A stretch of DNA of 64,000 nt from Chloropicon primus (taxonomy: Eukaryota), in contig CP060763.1 of NCBI GenBank assembly GCA_023205875.1, positions 248,001-312,000 on the forward strand, read 5' to 3'. The notes under the pieces were generated by a model, which saw only the letters and a program-made list of their open reading frames with translations, did no database searches and had not been told where the DNA came from. A program made the translations under genes and the position numbers. Below, piece after piece: positions 1 to 10,167 of the stretch; the first letter of the stretch is position 1; each line of letters begins with the position of its first letter.

Positions 1-158
1 ATGGTTCTCCTCGTCCTCGTTCTCGTCCTCGTTCTCGAAACGGAGGAGGAGGTCGAAGAGGAAGGGGAAGAGGAGGTCGAGGAGGAGGGGGAAGAACTTC
101 GTCCCTTCACGAAGAAGGCTTGGGATGACACGCTACTTGCCATGGCCTTGCACCACAT
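1..158 (-). CDS. 5' end of a gene running off the left edge; Ser/Arg/Thr-rich N-terminus resembling a plastid transit peptide
   Basis: Minus-strand reading from ATG 158 (or 143): MWCKAMASSVSSQAFFVKGRSSSPSSSTSSSPSSSTSSSVSRTRTRTRTRRT..., open to position 1. It has no acidic residues. Not in the ORF track because it has no stop in the window. Confidence 0.55.
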   Translation of the reverse strand, partial: MWCKAMASSVSSQAFFVKGRSSSPSSSTSSSPSSSTSSSVSRTRTRTRTRRT

Positions 159-244
159 CCTGGCCGCTCCTCTCGCCTCGCCTCAGCTGTTTTTTTTGGA
201 TGGGAGGACAGCAAGCTGCTGGCCTGATCTGGATGAAGGGGGAT

Positions 245-353
245 GGAATGGTAGGCGCAGGTTTCAAGGTGGCAATGGTGATGGCAATGGACATCCCAGG
301 GAGGGAGGGAATGGTAGGAGCAGGTTTCAAGGTGGCAATGGTGATGGCAATGG
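245..353. repeat. Direct repeat, two near-identical ~46-bp copies (245-290, 308-353)
   Basis: GGAATGGTAGG(C/A)GCAGGTTTCAAGGTGGCAATGGTGATGGCAATGG twice, period 63 bp. Confidence 0.9.
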
Positions 354-490
354 CAATGGATTGGATTGGTAGCTGTCCTTATAAGTTTATAGGATACAGA
401 GAGAATGTATGGATGGATAGATGTGTTGGTCCCGATATATATATATATATATAGCCTTCATCCGACATCTCACCTCAAAATCGTCTCATC

Positions 491-2212
491 TCAGGCTTGC
501 TGCTGAGCCCGCCGCCTCCCAAGAGAGAAGAGGGCAGCAATCGGAGACCACAGCCTCGAGAGGAAGCCCAGGACGAGGGCTCTTAAAAAGTTGAGCTTCT
601 CGAAGAAGGACAGCAGCCTCCTCTTGGCGTCGCTCTCCTCGTTGGTGGGCACGTCGTAGAGCTTCCAGCGCGCCAGGGGCGCCCAAGCCCTGGAGACGGA
701 CCAAGGGATGGAGAAGAAGGCGCAGATTCCCCTGATGAGAACGGCGGCCCTGCCGACCATGACGAGGTCCTGGGGGAAGCTCGCGATGCTCCTCACGGGG
801 CTGTTCTCTGAGAACTCATCCGGGGTGTAGTTCCCCGGCATCTCGGACAGGGAGTCGAACATCCAAACCGCGCACGCGCTGAGGGCGTCCTTCTTCGCCT
901 CTGGCGTGAGCTTGACGCCCATGTCCGCGACTATGTCGGCGATGCCGGAGAAATCCCTGTCCTCCTCCTCCAGCATCACGCAGAGTTCCGCCAGCTGGTT
1001 CTGCATCGTCTTGGTGAGCTGCTTGGTCTGGCCAAAGTCAATCAGGGCGATGTCCCCGTTGTTCAGCACCATGATGTTCCCTGGGTGTGGATCCCCATGA
1101 AACAATCCTCCCTCAAGGACCATCTGCCCAAAGCCCTTGGTCAAAGATTTGATCAGCTTCTCCCCTATCAGCTTGGCGAGGGCCTCGTTCGACGCGCCGC
1201 TCTCCTTGTTCTCCTCGCCAATCTGCGTCAGTGTCTTCCCGTCCAGGTAATCCATGACGAGGACTCTCTTGGTCACCATGCCCTCCACGGACCTCGGCGT
1301 CTTCAGCCAGGGCTTGTACCTCCTCGTCCCGTCCGGCTTCTTCTGAAGCAGGTCGTTTATCTTGTCCATGGCCTTGGCCTCCTGCCTGAAGTCCAGCTCG
1401 TCCTCCATCCTCTGAGCGATTTCGGTGAAGACCAAGTAGTAGTCCAGCGGAAGCAAGTCCTCGAAGGCCTTGGCGAACTTGATGACGTTCTGCACGTCAC
1501 CCCGGAGCTTGGGCTCAATGTACGGCCTCATCACCTTGACGGCGACAACCTTCCCGCTCTTCAGGGTTGCCTTGTGCACCTGGGCGACCGAGGCGCTGCC
1601 GAGGGGAACGTCCTCGAACTCAGAGAACGCCGACTCGATGGGCTCACCGTTCAGGAGCTCCTTGGAGACGACGGCCTTGACGACCTCCGCGGGCAGCGGG
1701 TCCAACCGATCCTGCAGCTCGCTCAGCCTGTCGATGTACTGCACCGGGAAAAGATCGACCCTCGTGGATATGAGCTGCCCGCTCTTGACGTAAAACCCCT
1801 TGAGCTCGTTCATCGTCCGCGAAAGCTTCGCCGAGCCCCACTGGTGCAGCCTGTCCCAAAGCAGATCCTTCTCGCCCTCCTTGTAGTTTGAAAAGTTCAG
1901 CCACTTCTCCGCGACAGCGTAAGCCACGATGATCGGCACGGTGTTGCTCCAGAACCTCAAGGTCCTCTCCACCCGCTGCGCAGGGGTCAGGGGAGGCTCC
2001 ACGCTCGACAACTCCCCGGCAGTCGACTGGGCCGCTCGACGCACCACCCTCTCCCCTCTCCACCCCAAGGCCCTTCCCTCCCTCCTTCCGCTCCCCCTGC
2101 CGCCCCTCTCGGGCAAACCGCGGCACGACGAGCATCCGTCGTGCCCTCTGTCCCGCCTGACACACGGTCCCTGCCTCACCGTCGCCGTTCTCCTCGTCGC
2201 CGCCCTCCTCAT
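491..2212 (-). CDS. ABC1/ABC1K (UbiB/AarF-family) atypical protein kinase, probably organelle-targeted
   Basis: LKGFYVKSGQLISTR, PLGSASVAQVHKA, VAVKV, ELDFRQEA, FHGDPHPGN and IDFG motifs; Arg-rich N-terminal extension. Confidence 0.93.
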   Translation of the reverse strand: MRRAATRRTATVRQGPCVRRDRGHDGCSSCRGLPERGGRGSGRREGRALGWRGERVVRRAAQSTAGELSSVEPPLTPAQRVERTLRFWSNTVPIIVAYAVAEKWLNFSNYKEGEKDLLWDRLHQWGSAKLSRTMNELKGFYVKSGQLISTRVDLFPVQYIDRLSELQDRLDPLPAEVVKAVVSKELLNGEPIESAFSEFEDVPLGSASVAQVHKATLKSGKVVAVKVMRPYIEPKLRGDVQNVIKFAKAFEDLLPLDYYLVFTEIAQRMEDELDFRQEAKAMDKINDLLQKKPDGTRRYKPWLKTPRSVEGMVTKRVLVMDYLDGKTLTQIGEENKESGASNEALAKLIGEKLIKSLTKGFGQMVLEGGLFHGDPHPGNIMVLNNGDIALIDFGQTKQLTKTMQNQLAELCVMLEEEDRDFSGIADIVADMGVKLTPEAKKDALSACAVWMFDSLSEMPGNYTPDEFSENSPVRSIASFPQDLVMVGRAAVLIRGICAFFSIPWSVSRAWAPLARWKLYDVPTNEESDAKRRLLSFFEKLNFLRALVLGFLSRLWSPIAALFSLGRRRAQQQA

Positions 2213-2634
2213 CCTCTCACTGCTCCCTCCAAGAGAGTCAAAGTCACGGTTCAGTTCCTCCTGACCTCGTCAACCTATCGTTTCATTGCAAACAAAGGGT
2301 CAAACGAAAGAGGAAGACGAGACGCATCCATTGACGGACGCCCCTTCCCTCGTCCCTCCCCCCCGCCGCCGAAAACAACCGCCTTCGAGGCGCTCTTACC
2401 TTCCTTCTTCCCCCCTCGAGCTAATCGATCCTCAGCAATCCTCAGCCGCTCATACGGGATCTGATCTCTTGCTGGAGAGGGAGAGGGCTGGATGCCCAAG
2501 AGAAAGGGACTGAGGGACTGGGGAGGCAATGTCGTGGGTTGTCGTCGTTTAGTCTCCCAAAATGAAATGATTAATATTAAAGGAATGAAGGAATCGTTGC
2601 CAATTCCCAATACAATTCCGTACGTCGTCGTCGC

Positions 2635-2692
2635 CGTTCGTTCGTTCGTTCGTTCGTTCGTTCGTTCGTTCGTTCGTTCGTTCGTTCGTTCG
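2635..2692. repeat. (CGTT)n microsatellite
   Basis: About 14 tandem CGTT units just past the stop of the minus-strand RRM gene. Confidence 0.95.
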
Positions 2693-2695
2693 TGT

Positions 2696-4363
2696 TTAGG
2701 AAAGTTCGATCAGGTTTCTTACGTACTTCTTCCTGTCCTCGTGGTTCCAACCCGCCGAGCTCTGAAGGACGGACATGGCCTTGACCATGTGGTTCTTGAG
2801 GGGATCGTCCGACCCTATGAGGTTGGTCATCTGGGAGATCTCCCTCTCCTCCGCGACCTTGCCGGCGGGAAGGCTGCTCTGCAGGATGCACCTCTTCCCA
2901 GCCCTCCTGATGTCTTCCTCGGCCCCTTGGCTGATCAGCTTCCAGTCCTCCTCCCCCACCTGAAGAATCTCCATCATTTCCTGCTTGTACTCCTCCACAA
3001 AGTCGCCCGCCGCAGCCGGGCCGTCGTCCGAGGCGGCCTCGTCCACCAAGAGCTCGCTCATGTTCACGGGCTGCACGGCGAGGTTCGGGTGGAACGCCGA
3101 AAGGAGGTCCGCCACGAGCTCCTCCTCGTGTTCGTGCCTCTCGTACTCGGTGAAGTACTCGTCGTAGTCGGCGGCCGCGGGGCCGACGCTGCCCTTGGCG
3201 GTCAGAATCTCCAGCATCTTGTCAAGGTTGTCGATTCTCTCCTTCTCCGCATCCTTGGCCTCCTCCTCCAGGTCCACCCTCGAGGAGGCGAAGGCGAACT
3301 CGCCCTGGCCTTGCCTTCGGAACCTGTTCGACCTCTTCACCTGACCCGACCTGACGTTCCCCTTGGGCTGCCCGTCCCTCCTCTGCCTCTGCTGCTGGGT
3401 CTCCCTGCCCTTCCTCCTCCTCATTCTCATCCTCTGGCTCTGGTCGTCCAAGTCCAAGTCCGCGGCCATGCCCACGCTGCCCGCGTCCCTGCTCACCGGC
3501 CTCTGGCGGGGGGCGTCCTCCCCCCCCGCAACGGCCCTCGACCTCCCCCTCGAGTCGCCGTCGTCGATGGTCAGCCACCGGTCTCCGAACTCGGTGCCGT
3601 CGAGGTCCTCCAGGGCTTTCACCTTGGCCTTGGGGTCCTCGAACTTGACGAAGCAGTAGCCCTTGTGCCTGTCCTGCTCCCTGTCCATCGGTATCCTGAC
3701 CTGCTGCACCCTCCCGCAGCTCTCGCCGAAGAGCTCCGTCAGCCCCTTCCTCACCTCGTCCTCCGACATGTTGTAGTTAAGGCCCTTCACGTAGATCGTG
3801 CGGTCCCGGTGCTGTTGACCCCGTCCCTGGTCGCCCCTCTCCCTCCCGTCCCTCTGCCGCCCACCCTGCTGCCTCCCCCTCCCTCCTCCACCTCTGCCCT
3901 TGCCCTCACCCAGACCCCTCCCTCCAAGTATCCTGGAAGCGAAACTCCCCCCGAGGGCGTCCTTGCCACGACCACGGCTCGCCATGGGCACGAACCTCCT
4001 CCGCCTGTCTCTTCCCTTCTCCTCCTCACCATCACCGTCCTTCTCCTTCCCAGCGTACTGCCTCCCGTGGAGGTACCCACCGCCACCGCCACCGCCGCCA
4101 ACACCGCCGCCTTTCCCCCTCCTCGCCCTCGCCCCTCCCTTCTTCTCCCCCTCCGCCTCGCCCTCCTTGTCCTTGCCCTCCGTGCTCATGCCTCTCCTCT
4201 CCTGCCCTTGGCCAAACCCAAACTTCAGCACCAACGCGTCCATCGAAGGCGGAACGCACGACGAAGAACCCGAAACCAACAGACCGCCGCTCGCGTAATG
4301 CCTCATGCCCAACGCATACCTCACGCCGGGCTTGGCCATGCTCATGCTCATGCTCAAGCTCAT
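2696..4363 (-). CDS. RRM RNA-binding protein with Gly/Arg-rich regions and an acidic helical C-terminal domain; probably mitochondrial
   Basis: RNP2 IYVKGL and RNP1 KGYCFVKF; presequence-like N-terminus ending RRGMST; C-terminal AMSVLQSSAGWNHEDRKKYVRNL. Confidence 0.8.
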   Translation of the reverse strand: MSLSMSMSMAKPGVRYALGMRHYASGGLLVSGSSSCVPPSMDALVLKFGFGQGQERRGMSTEGKDKEGEAEGEKKGGARARRGKGGGVGGGGGGGGYLHGRQYAGKEKDGDGEEEKGRDRRRRFVPMASRGRGKDALGGSFASRILGGRGLGEGKGRGGGGRGRQQGGRQRDGRERGDQGRGQQHRDRTIYVKGLNYNMSEDEVRKGLTELFGESCGRVQQVRIPMDREQDRHKGYCFVKFEDPKAKVKALEDLDGTEFGDRWLTIDDGDSRGRSRAVAGGEDAPRQRPVSRDAGSVGMAADLDLDDQSQRMRMRRRKGRETQQQRQRRDGQPKGNVRSGQVKRSNRFRRQGQGEFAFASSRVDLEEEAKDAEKERIDNLDKMLEILTAKGSVGPAAADYDEYFTEYERHEHEEELVADLLSAFHPNLAVQPVNMSELLVDEAASDDGPAAAGDFVEEYKQEMMEILQVGEEDWKLISQGAEEDIRRAGKRCILQSSLPAGKVAEEREISQMTNLIGSDDPLKNHMVKAMSVLQSSAGWNHEDRKKYVRNLIELS

Positions 4364-4968
4364 GGCTCTCCGTCGTCGTCGTCGTCGTCGTTCTTGTTGT
4401 GAAGTGTAACGCTCGAGGGGCGGGTCTCTCGAAAGAGGAAGAGATGCTCTTGGAGATGAACTCGTCCACCTCCTCGTGGCTCTCCGTCCCTCGCGACCGA
4501 TCGCTTTCTCTCCTCCCTCGCTCGCTCGTCGATCGCTCGCCTTCGCCGCCGTCGCCTTCTCTCTCTCCTCATTTTAAAACCCCACGAGAGAGTTGGAGGA
4601 AGAGAGCGATCGCGGGACTTTGCGGAGGATTTCCACGACGAGGGAGAGAGTAGGAAAGGAAGAGGAGGGAATAGACAGGTAGATCATCTCGAGATCTTTC
4701 CAACGAGCGTTCGCAAGCCTCGTTTGGGTCCAGAATCGCCACGATAGCATCGGGAAAGTGCATCCTGACTCGTCTCGAGAGCATCGGGAAGAGTGCCTTT
4801 GTCGAGGGATTCGCGGGCGAATAGAGTGATAAAAGGAGTAAACGAGCGCACCACACGAAGCTTTGGCTCGCGATCGCTCGGTAGATCGCTCGCTCGAAGC
4901 ATTTGGCGTCTGTTTGAGTTGTCTGCGACGGAGAGGACTGGTTTCGATGACGAGGAGGTGATTGGGAG

Positions 4969-5352
4969 ATGGGAGGGTCACCAGAGGGCACGAGGGGGAA
5001 CGTACTGGATGCAAGAGCGAGCGAGGGCCAAGGGGAAGGAGGTTCGTTGAGGACCAAGGGTGTTTTGTACGAGCACGTGAAGAACGAGCTGATCGAGAGC
5101 GGACACAAAGACAGGTTGTACAAGGAGTTGGCCCAGTCCCTGATAGACTGTGGTTGGCGCGACGAGCTCAAGGAGCACTGCAAGGAGGTGATGAAAGAGA
5201 AGAAGTCCACGAGTGAATTGAGTTTGGAAGCCCTGACGAAGGAGGTCATCGTGCACGCGCAAAAGTCTGTGCCCGACAGCGTGAAAGCGAATTTTTTCGA
5301 CAAGTTGAAGGAAGCCATCCTGCTGAACCAGAGCGGGGAGAGCGAGGACTGA
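4969..5352 (+). CDS. ENY2: Transcription and mRNA export factor ENY2/Sus1
   Basis: LIESGHKDRL...LIDCGWRDELKEHCKE...AQKSVPDSVK, the ENY2 signature; 127 aa. Confidence 0.9.
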   Translation: MGGSPEGTRGNVLDARASEGQGEGGSLRTKGVLYEHVKNELIESGHKDRLYKELAQSLIDCGWRDELKEHCKEVMKEKKSTSELSLEALTKEVIVHAQKSVPDSVKANFFDKLKEAILLNQSGESED

Positions 5353-5461
5353 GAGGCCAAGAGACACAGGCAAGCTAAACCACGGACAAGGACAAGCACA
5401 CACACACGCGCGCGCGCGCGCGCATACATACACAGAGAGAGGGAGAGAAAAAGAAAGAGAG

Positions 5462-7645
5462 ATGTCGAGCCCGGGGAGCGCGACGACGTCAGAGGACTCC
5501 ATGTCGAAGCCGCAGCAGGTGTTTCGGTCGAGGAGGCAGTCCTCCATACAGGCGAGCCCGCTTCCGTTGGCTCACGTCCACCTTCGGCCGGTGCTGAACC
5601 TCAGCCCGAGCTTCCTGACGAACGTGTCGAAGAGCTGCGTTTACGATGACACCCACAAGCAGCTCCTTGTCGTCGCGGACAACAAGCTGCTTTTCTGGAA
5701 CCTCCCCGAGATTGGCGTGGCCCACAGCGGCGGCCTTGGCGCGAGGAGGGGGGAAGGGGACAAGATCTCGAGCCCCGCCCCGGGGTCGCCGAAGGCGGCA
5801 GACTTCGCGAGCATGGACTCGGTGGTTAGCCCCCAAGTTTGCTTCCTCAGCCAAGGCCCGGTGATAACGGCGCGGTTCTCGCCGGACCGGAAGCTCTTGG
5901 CCGTCCAAAGGAGCGAGACGGAGATCGAATTCGTGAACCAGCAGGACGGGTCCCAGTTCTGGCAAAAGTGCAAGAGCAGCAGCAAGCTCGGGTTGGGACC
6001 AGAGGTGAAGCTTTTGGGCTTCTTCTGGTGCTCCGATATGGCTAAGTTCGACATCGTGTTCGTGACGACGGCTGGGCTGGAGCTGCACAAGCTCTTGGAC
6101 TCCAGGAAGGGGCTTCAGCTAAAGGACGCGAAGAAGCACCCGATTCGTTGGTACAAGTACACGGCCGACACTAGGCTTATTATTATTGCAACGGGAGACG
6201 ACTGCACGAGGCTGCTTGGGTACCAGTTTGCCCCGCAGGGCCTCATCAAGCTCCCGAGGTTCGACATTGACTTGCAGAATGAGGGAAAGTCAAAGGGCAA
6301 GCAGGCCCTCACCTCGGACTCCATTCACCCCATCGCGCTTTACGGCAAGCTCTTCTGCTGCCACATCAACCCCTTGGCGGAGAGGGTTGTGCTCTACAGG
6401 CTGTACAAGGACGCGATCATCAAGCAGTTCTCTTACCCGACCTACAGCCCCCACATGGGAATCAGCATCGTGGACAACCTCCTGCTGGTGCATCACATGA
6501 ACAGCGGGTTGGTCATGATCTTCGACATCATGACCAACAACATGCAGCCGTTCGTCTCCCCTTTGCCAGTTCTTTGCAAAGGGTCTGCGGCGGCGAGCTC
6601 GAACTACGCCGCCGCGGGCAGGCTGCAGAGCCCGGCGAACACGATGTCGCTGTCACCGTCCACGAGGAGCGAGTCGCTTTTGAGCGTCATGGCGTCCCAG
6701 GAGGAGGAGAACGACGGTGGTGAGGACAAAACCAACCCGTTCAAGAGGGGGAACAAGGCCGTGTGCGTTACCATGAGCAATTTTCTTCTTGCCATGGACG
6801 TCGGCAATGAGATGGTGTGGATGATCGAATTGGACTTGAACGCGATCGCCATGTCGTGCCCAAACAGGCTTCACACGATAAGCTTCTTGCACAGGCGGGT
6901 CGAGAGCAAGCACCCGAGGTGGAACCCCAAGAAGATGATCATTGGCACGGTAAAAACGATGGTGCAGGAAAACGAGAGCATCCCAATCCTCAAGCAGGCT
7001 TTTGACATCATTTGCTACGTCATCGCGTCTTCGCCCGGGTCGAACCTCTCGGAGCGGGCCGCCTCCCAGAAGGTCCCGTCCCCAGCGAAGCTTGCGAGCA
7101 ACAATGGTGGCATCGACCTTCAGCAGCTTCACGAGCAGATCTTCGAGTCTCTCTTCGAGGACCAAGCCGTGGAGCCAGCGCTCCTGTTCCGTGCCATGGA
7201 GACTTTCTATCTGTGCAGCAGCTCGTTCAGGCTGAAGCTGCCCCCCTGCTTCTTCGAGCTCATGATCGATATGCTGATCGCGATGAGGAAGTTTGAGGTG
7301 CTCACTCAGTATTTGTCGGGGCATTTTTTCGAGGACTCCAAAGATCTCGCCCGCAAGCTCGAGAGCTTGAGCGCGGACTACCCGCATATGTCCCAATATG
7401 CTCTGGACATGTATTTTAGGATGAAGGAGTACGACGAGTGCTGCGCGGTCCTCTTCAAGCACGGCAGGCTCATCGACGCCCTCAAGATGCTCAAGGACTA
7501 TCACTTGAGCTCCATCGCCCCCACGGCGTTCCTTGACGCTGCAGAGGCGGTGCAGGACCCCATGGTGTACGCGAGCGTGTACAGGTTCTGCAAAGAGTTC
7601 GTTCCGGGATTTCGAGCCAAACCTACTATGAATATGAATATGTAA
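5462..7645 (+). CDS. RMC1: Regulator of MON1-CCZ1 complex (Mic1/C18orf8 family)
   Basis: YDDTHKQLL, RFSPDRKLLAVQRS..EIEFVN, ISIVDNLLLVHH and a C-terminal Mic1-like domain (FEDSKDLA..L...QYALDM..R); 727 aa, intronless. Confidence 0.85.
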   Translation: MSSPGSATTSEDSMSKPQQVFRSRRQSSIQASPLPLAHVHLRPVLNLSPSFLTNVSKSCVYDDTHKQLLVVADNKLLFWNLPEIGVAHSGGLGARRGEGDKISSPAPGSPKAADFASMDSVVSPQVCFLSQGPVITARFSPDRKLLAVQRSETEIEFVNQQDGSQFWQKCKSSSKLGLGPEVKLLGFFWCSDMAKFDIVFVTTAGLELHKLLDSRKGLQLKDAKKHPIRWYKYTADTRLIIIATGDDCTRLLGYQFAPQGLIKLPRFDIDLQNEGKSKGKQALTSDSIHPIALYGKLFCCHINPLAERVVLYRLYKDAIIKQFSYPTYSPHMGISIVDNLLLVHHMNSGLVMIFDIMTNNMQPFVSPLPVLCKGSAAASSNYAAAGRLQSPANTMSLSPSTRSESLLSVMASQEEENDGGEDKTNPFKRGNKAVCVTMSNFLLAMDVGNEMVWMIELDLNAIAMSCPNRLHTISFLHRRVESKHPRWNPKKMIIGTVKTMVQENESIPILKQAFDIICYVIASSPGSNLSERAASQKVPSPAKLASNNGGIDLQQLHEQIFESLFEDQAVEPALLFRAMETFYLCSSSFRLKLPPCFFELMIDMLIAMRKFEVLTQYLSGHFFEDSKDLARKLESLSADYPHMSQYALDMYFRMKEYDECCAVLFKHGRLIDALKMLKDYHLSSIAPTAFLDAAEAVQDPMVYASVYRFCKEFVPGFRAKPTMNMNM

Positions 7646-7664
7646 TAAAAGTTCAAGTCTTTCC

Positions 7665-8694
7665 TTATCTCTTCTGCCAGTCCCTATCAGGTCTAGCGAG
7701 GTCGAAGCACTCCCTGGACCTGCCATAGGTATTGCCCCCGAGCCTCGAGATGGGCTGGAGCTCGTCCAAGCCAACGTACGTGCTTCCCGATGGCGTCTTC
7801 CTCGCGACGCCCTCGTTGACATGAAACATAACAATCTCCCCGACCACGACCGTGGCGGTGTCCTCGCCGTCGTACCCCTTCGTCTCGTACTTGTGCTTGA
7901 GCTTGCATTCCATGTGGACCGCAGACTCCTTGACGCGGGGAGGCTTCACCTTCAGAGAAGGCAGCTTCGTGAGTCCGGAAAGGGCCATCTCATCCACTTC
8001 AGGATCGTAGTTACCGCAAGTATGGTTGGCCTGTTGCGATGTTGGAAACCACCAGAGAGTCAGTAAGAGCAAGTTCATGCCACGCGACAGTCATTCTGTG
8101 GAGAAGAAACCACGAAATCATCCCAACTCAAGCGAAGTCAAGTAGAAGATGAAGACGGAGGAGACCATCATCATCATCACTTGTGTTCTATCCCAACGAT
8201 CCACTTACCTGTTCGAGGAACCACTCGGACAAGACATTGACGGTGAACTCCTTGGTGTCATCAATGTTCTCCATGGTATCCTTCTTCCCTCCTCCCCTGT
8301 GGCCTGCACGACAGATGCAAAGGATGACACAAGGTGGATCGTGCATGGCTGTGAAGTAAGAGAATGGAGCGAGGTTTTGCTTGCCGTCCTTGGAAACGGT
8401 TGAGACGAATGCGACAGGACGCGGCACAACGGCGCTAATGATCAAAGGGTAGCACTTCTTGCCACCAATGACCTTTGGATCCAACGCAACCATCTTGGAT
8501 TCCTCAATATGGTCCGGGATGGCGAGTTGTTGAGGCGGCTCCCAGTTGGGGTGAGGAGGTTTTCCCCAGACCTTGGGTTTGTTCATCGCGTTGAGTTTTC
8601 TTCCGAGGAGGAAAGTGACCGCTGCCCCGACGGAGAGGCCGAGGCCTGCCGCGATGGCTACCGAGGAAGCCGAGAACTTTGCTATGGAGGACAT
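7665..8694 (-). CDS. Flavin reductase-like FMN-binding protein (flavoredoxin/DIM6-NTAB family), 2 exons
   Basis: Exon1 8694-8209 (MSSIAK...ISAVVPRPVAFVST...NLAPFSYF...KKDTMENI...WFLEQ); GTAAGT..CAG intron 8208-8031; exon2 8030-7665 (ANHTCG...PPRVKESAVHMEC...PISRLGGNTY). The phase-0 join restores the domain. Confidence 0.9.
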
Positions 8695-8784
8695 TGGACG
8701 CCTTCTCCTTCTTCTTCTCCTTCCTGCAACGACGACGACGACGACGACAGCGTCAGCTCGGGTTCTGGCAGGCAGCTGAGCTGG

Positions 8785-8915
8785 GAGAGGAGGGAGAGGA
8801 GGGGGAGGAGGAGGGAGGAGGAGGAGGAGGGAGGAGGGAGGAGGGAGGAGGGAGGAGGGAGGGAGGAGGGAGGAGGGAGGAGGGAGGAGGGAGGAGGGAG
8901 GAGGGAGGAGGGAGG
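8785..8915. repeat. Polypurine (GGA/GAGG)-rich low-complexity tract
   Basis: About 130 bp made only of G and A in GGGAGGA-like units, upstream of the flavin reductase-like gene. Confidence 0.9.
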
Positions 8916-9172
8916 ACGGGTGATGGGCGTCCTTTTGGGGTAGAGGAGAAGGAGGAGGAGGGGTGATGGGTGGAGTGATGGGAGGGACAGGAGGTGGTGA
9001 AGGAATGACCCCTTTGTCCTCGTCCTCTGCTTTCTTCTTGATCTCTGGACTCTTATACGAATCTATAAAGTACAAATACGTCGTTGTTGCCTATTGTCCT
9101 CCTTTGACGCAACATGTTCATGGGAATATGAATACCATCCCTCTCTGATCTCTGATCGGATCACCAGCAAAG

Positions 9173-10167
9173 CTAAAGCTTCTGCTTCTTGTTGGAGTTG
9201 TGGTACGGCCGCAGAACCCACTCGTTCTCCGCCCAAGTCTGGTCCAAAGTTCCCAGCTTGACCTGGTACAGCTTGAGGTCGAACCTCGGTCCCTGCTCCT
9301 TGAGGATGACCTCCCTGGACTCCTTGTCCTTCTCAAAGCAGTGGTGCCTGAAGCAGATGAAGTCGGTCTTGTTGATGAAGGACACCGTCCTCTTGCTCTC
9401 CTCCTTCGTGCACGGGAACAGGTACTTTAGGATGTTGGAGGTCCTCTGCCCGAGCTTCGAGGTGAAGCTCTCCATGATGATGTGAGGGTTCGCCTGGGAC
9501 ACGGTACCGATCTCCTCGGAATCCTGAATATCGTGGCGCAGGACCGTGTTGTACATGCCAAAGTAAGCCGTCGGGCCAAAGGGAAGGTGGCAGATGATCA
9601 TGCCGTCCGGCTCGCCCCTGTGCTCCTGAACGAGAACAATGTCCGTGAAGTCGTGGGACCTGGCGGCCTCCACCATCTGGGGTATCACTTGGTTTCCCCT
9701 GTTCATCCTCTGCGAGTTGGGGAAGACCAGCTTCAGCTCCTTCGCGAAGGCCTTCAAGCGCGAGGACGGGTCCCTGCTCGTCGTGATGAGGACCTTGGGA
9801 TCCCGAGCCCCCGCCTTGTTGTACTCGTCGTCCACGTGGGTCCGCACGACCGCCGTGTTGTCGTCCTCCAGCTCCACCTCCTTCCTCAGCTGCTGCTCCT
9901 CCGCCCGGAGCTCCGTCGGCAGAGGCTTCGAGCGTCCCGCGAAAAGAGAGAGAGAGAGTTCCCCGAAAGTCAGCAGAACCTTCGTCGAAAAGAAACGGAA
10001 AACAACAAAAGGAAGAAGCATCCTTCCTTGGGGCCTGGTGCACTCACCTTGCCCTCCGCGAGAGCTTGCTTGACCTGCCTCTTCTTCTCATACTCCTCCT
10101 TCTCCTTCCCTTCCAAGCTCTTCCTGTACAAGTACTCGCGCCTCAGCCTCGCCTGGCGACGCAACAT
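9173..10167 (-). CDS. IMP4: U3 snoRNP protein IMP4 (Brix domain), 2 exons
   Basis: Exon1 10167-10048 (MLRRQARLRREYLYRKS...ALAEGK); intron 10047-9926 (GTGAGT...GCTGAC branch...AAG); exon2 9925-9173 (PLPTELR...ITTSRDPSSRL...EHRGEPDG...GPRFDLKLY). 290 aa. Confidence 0.95.

Noticed and set aside
1..454. Plus-strand ORFs 1-372 and 125-454
   Set aside because: Low-complexity translations driven by repeats; the minus-strand transit-peptide-like reading fits better.
2492..4402. Long antisense ORFs (this 636-aa one, and 1085-1891, 6653-7834, 18116-19618, 23811-25154, 26245-27723, 34882-36462, 50880-52292, 63008-63991)
   Set aside because: Each mirrors a well-supported gene on the opposite strand. 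Such shadows are expected from GC-rich codon bias and none shows a recognisable motif.
8695..9075. Pro/Ser/Leu-rich N-terminal extension of the flavin reductase ORF
   Set aside because: It is the translation of the polypurine/polypyrimidine repeat upstream of the first ATG (8694).
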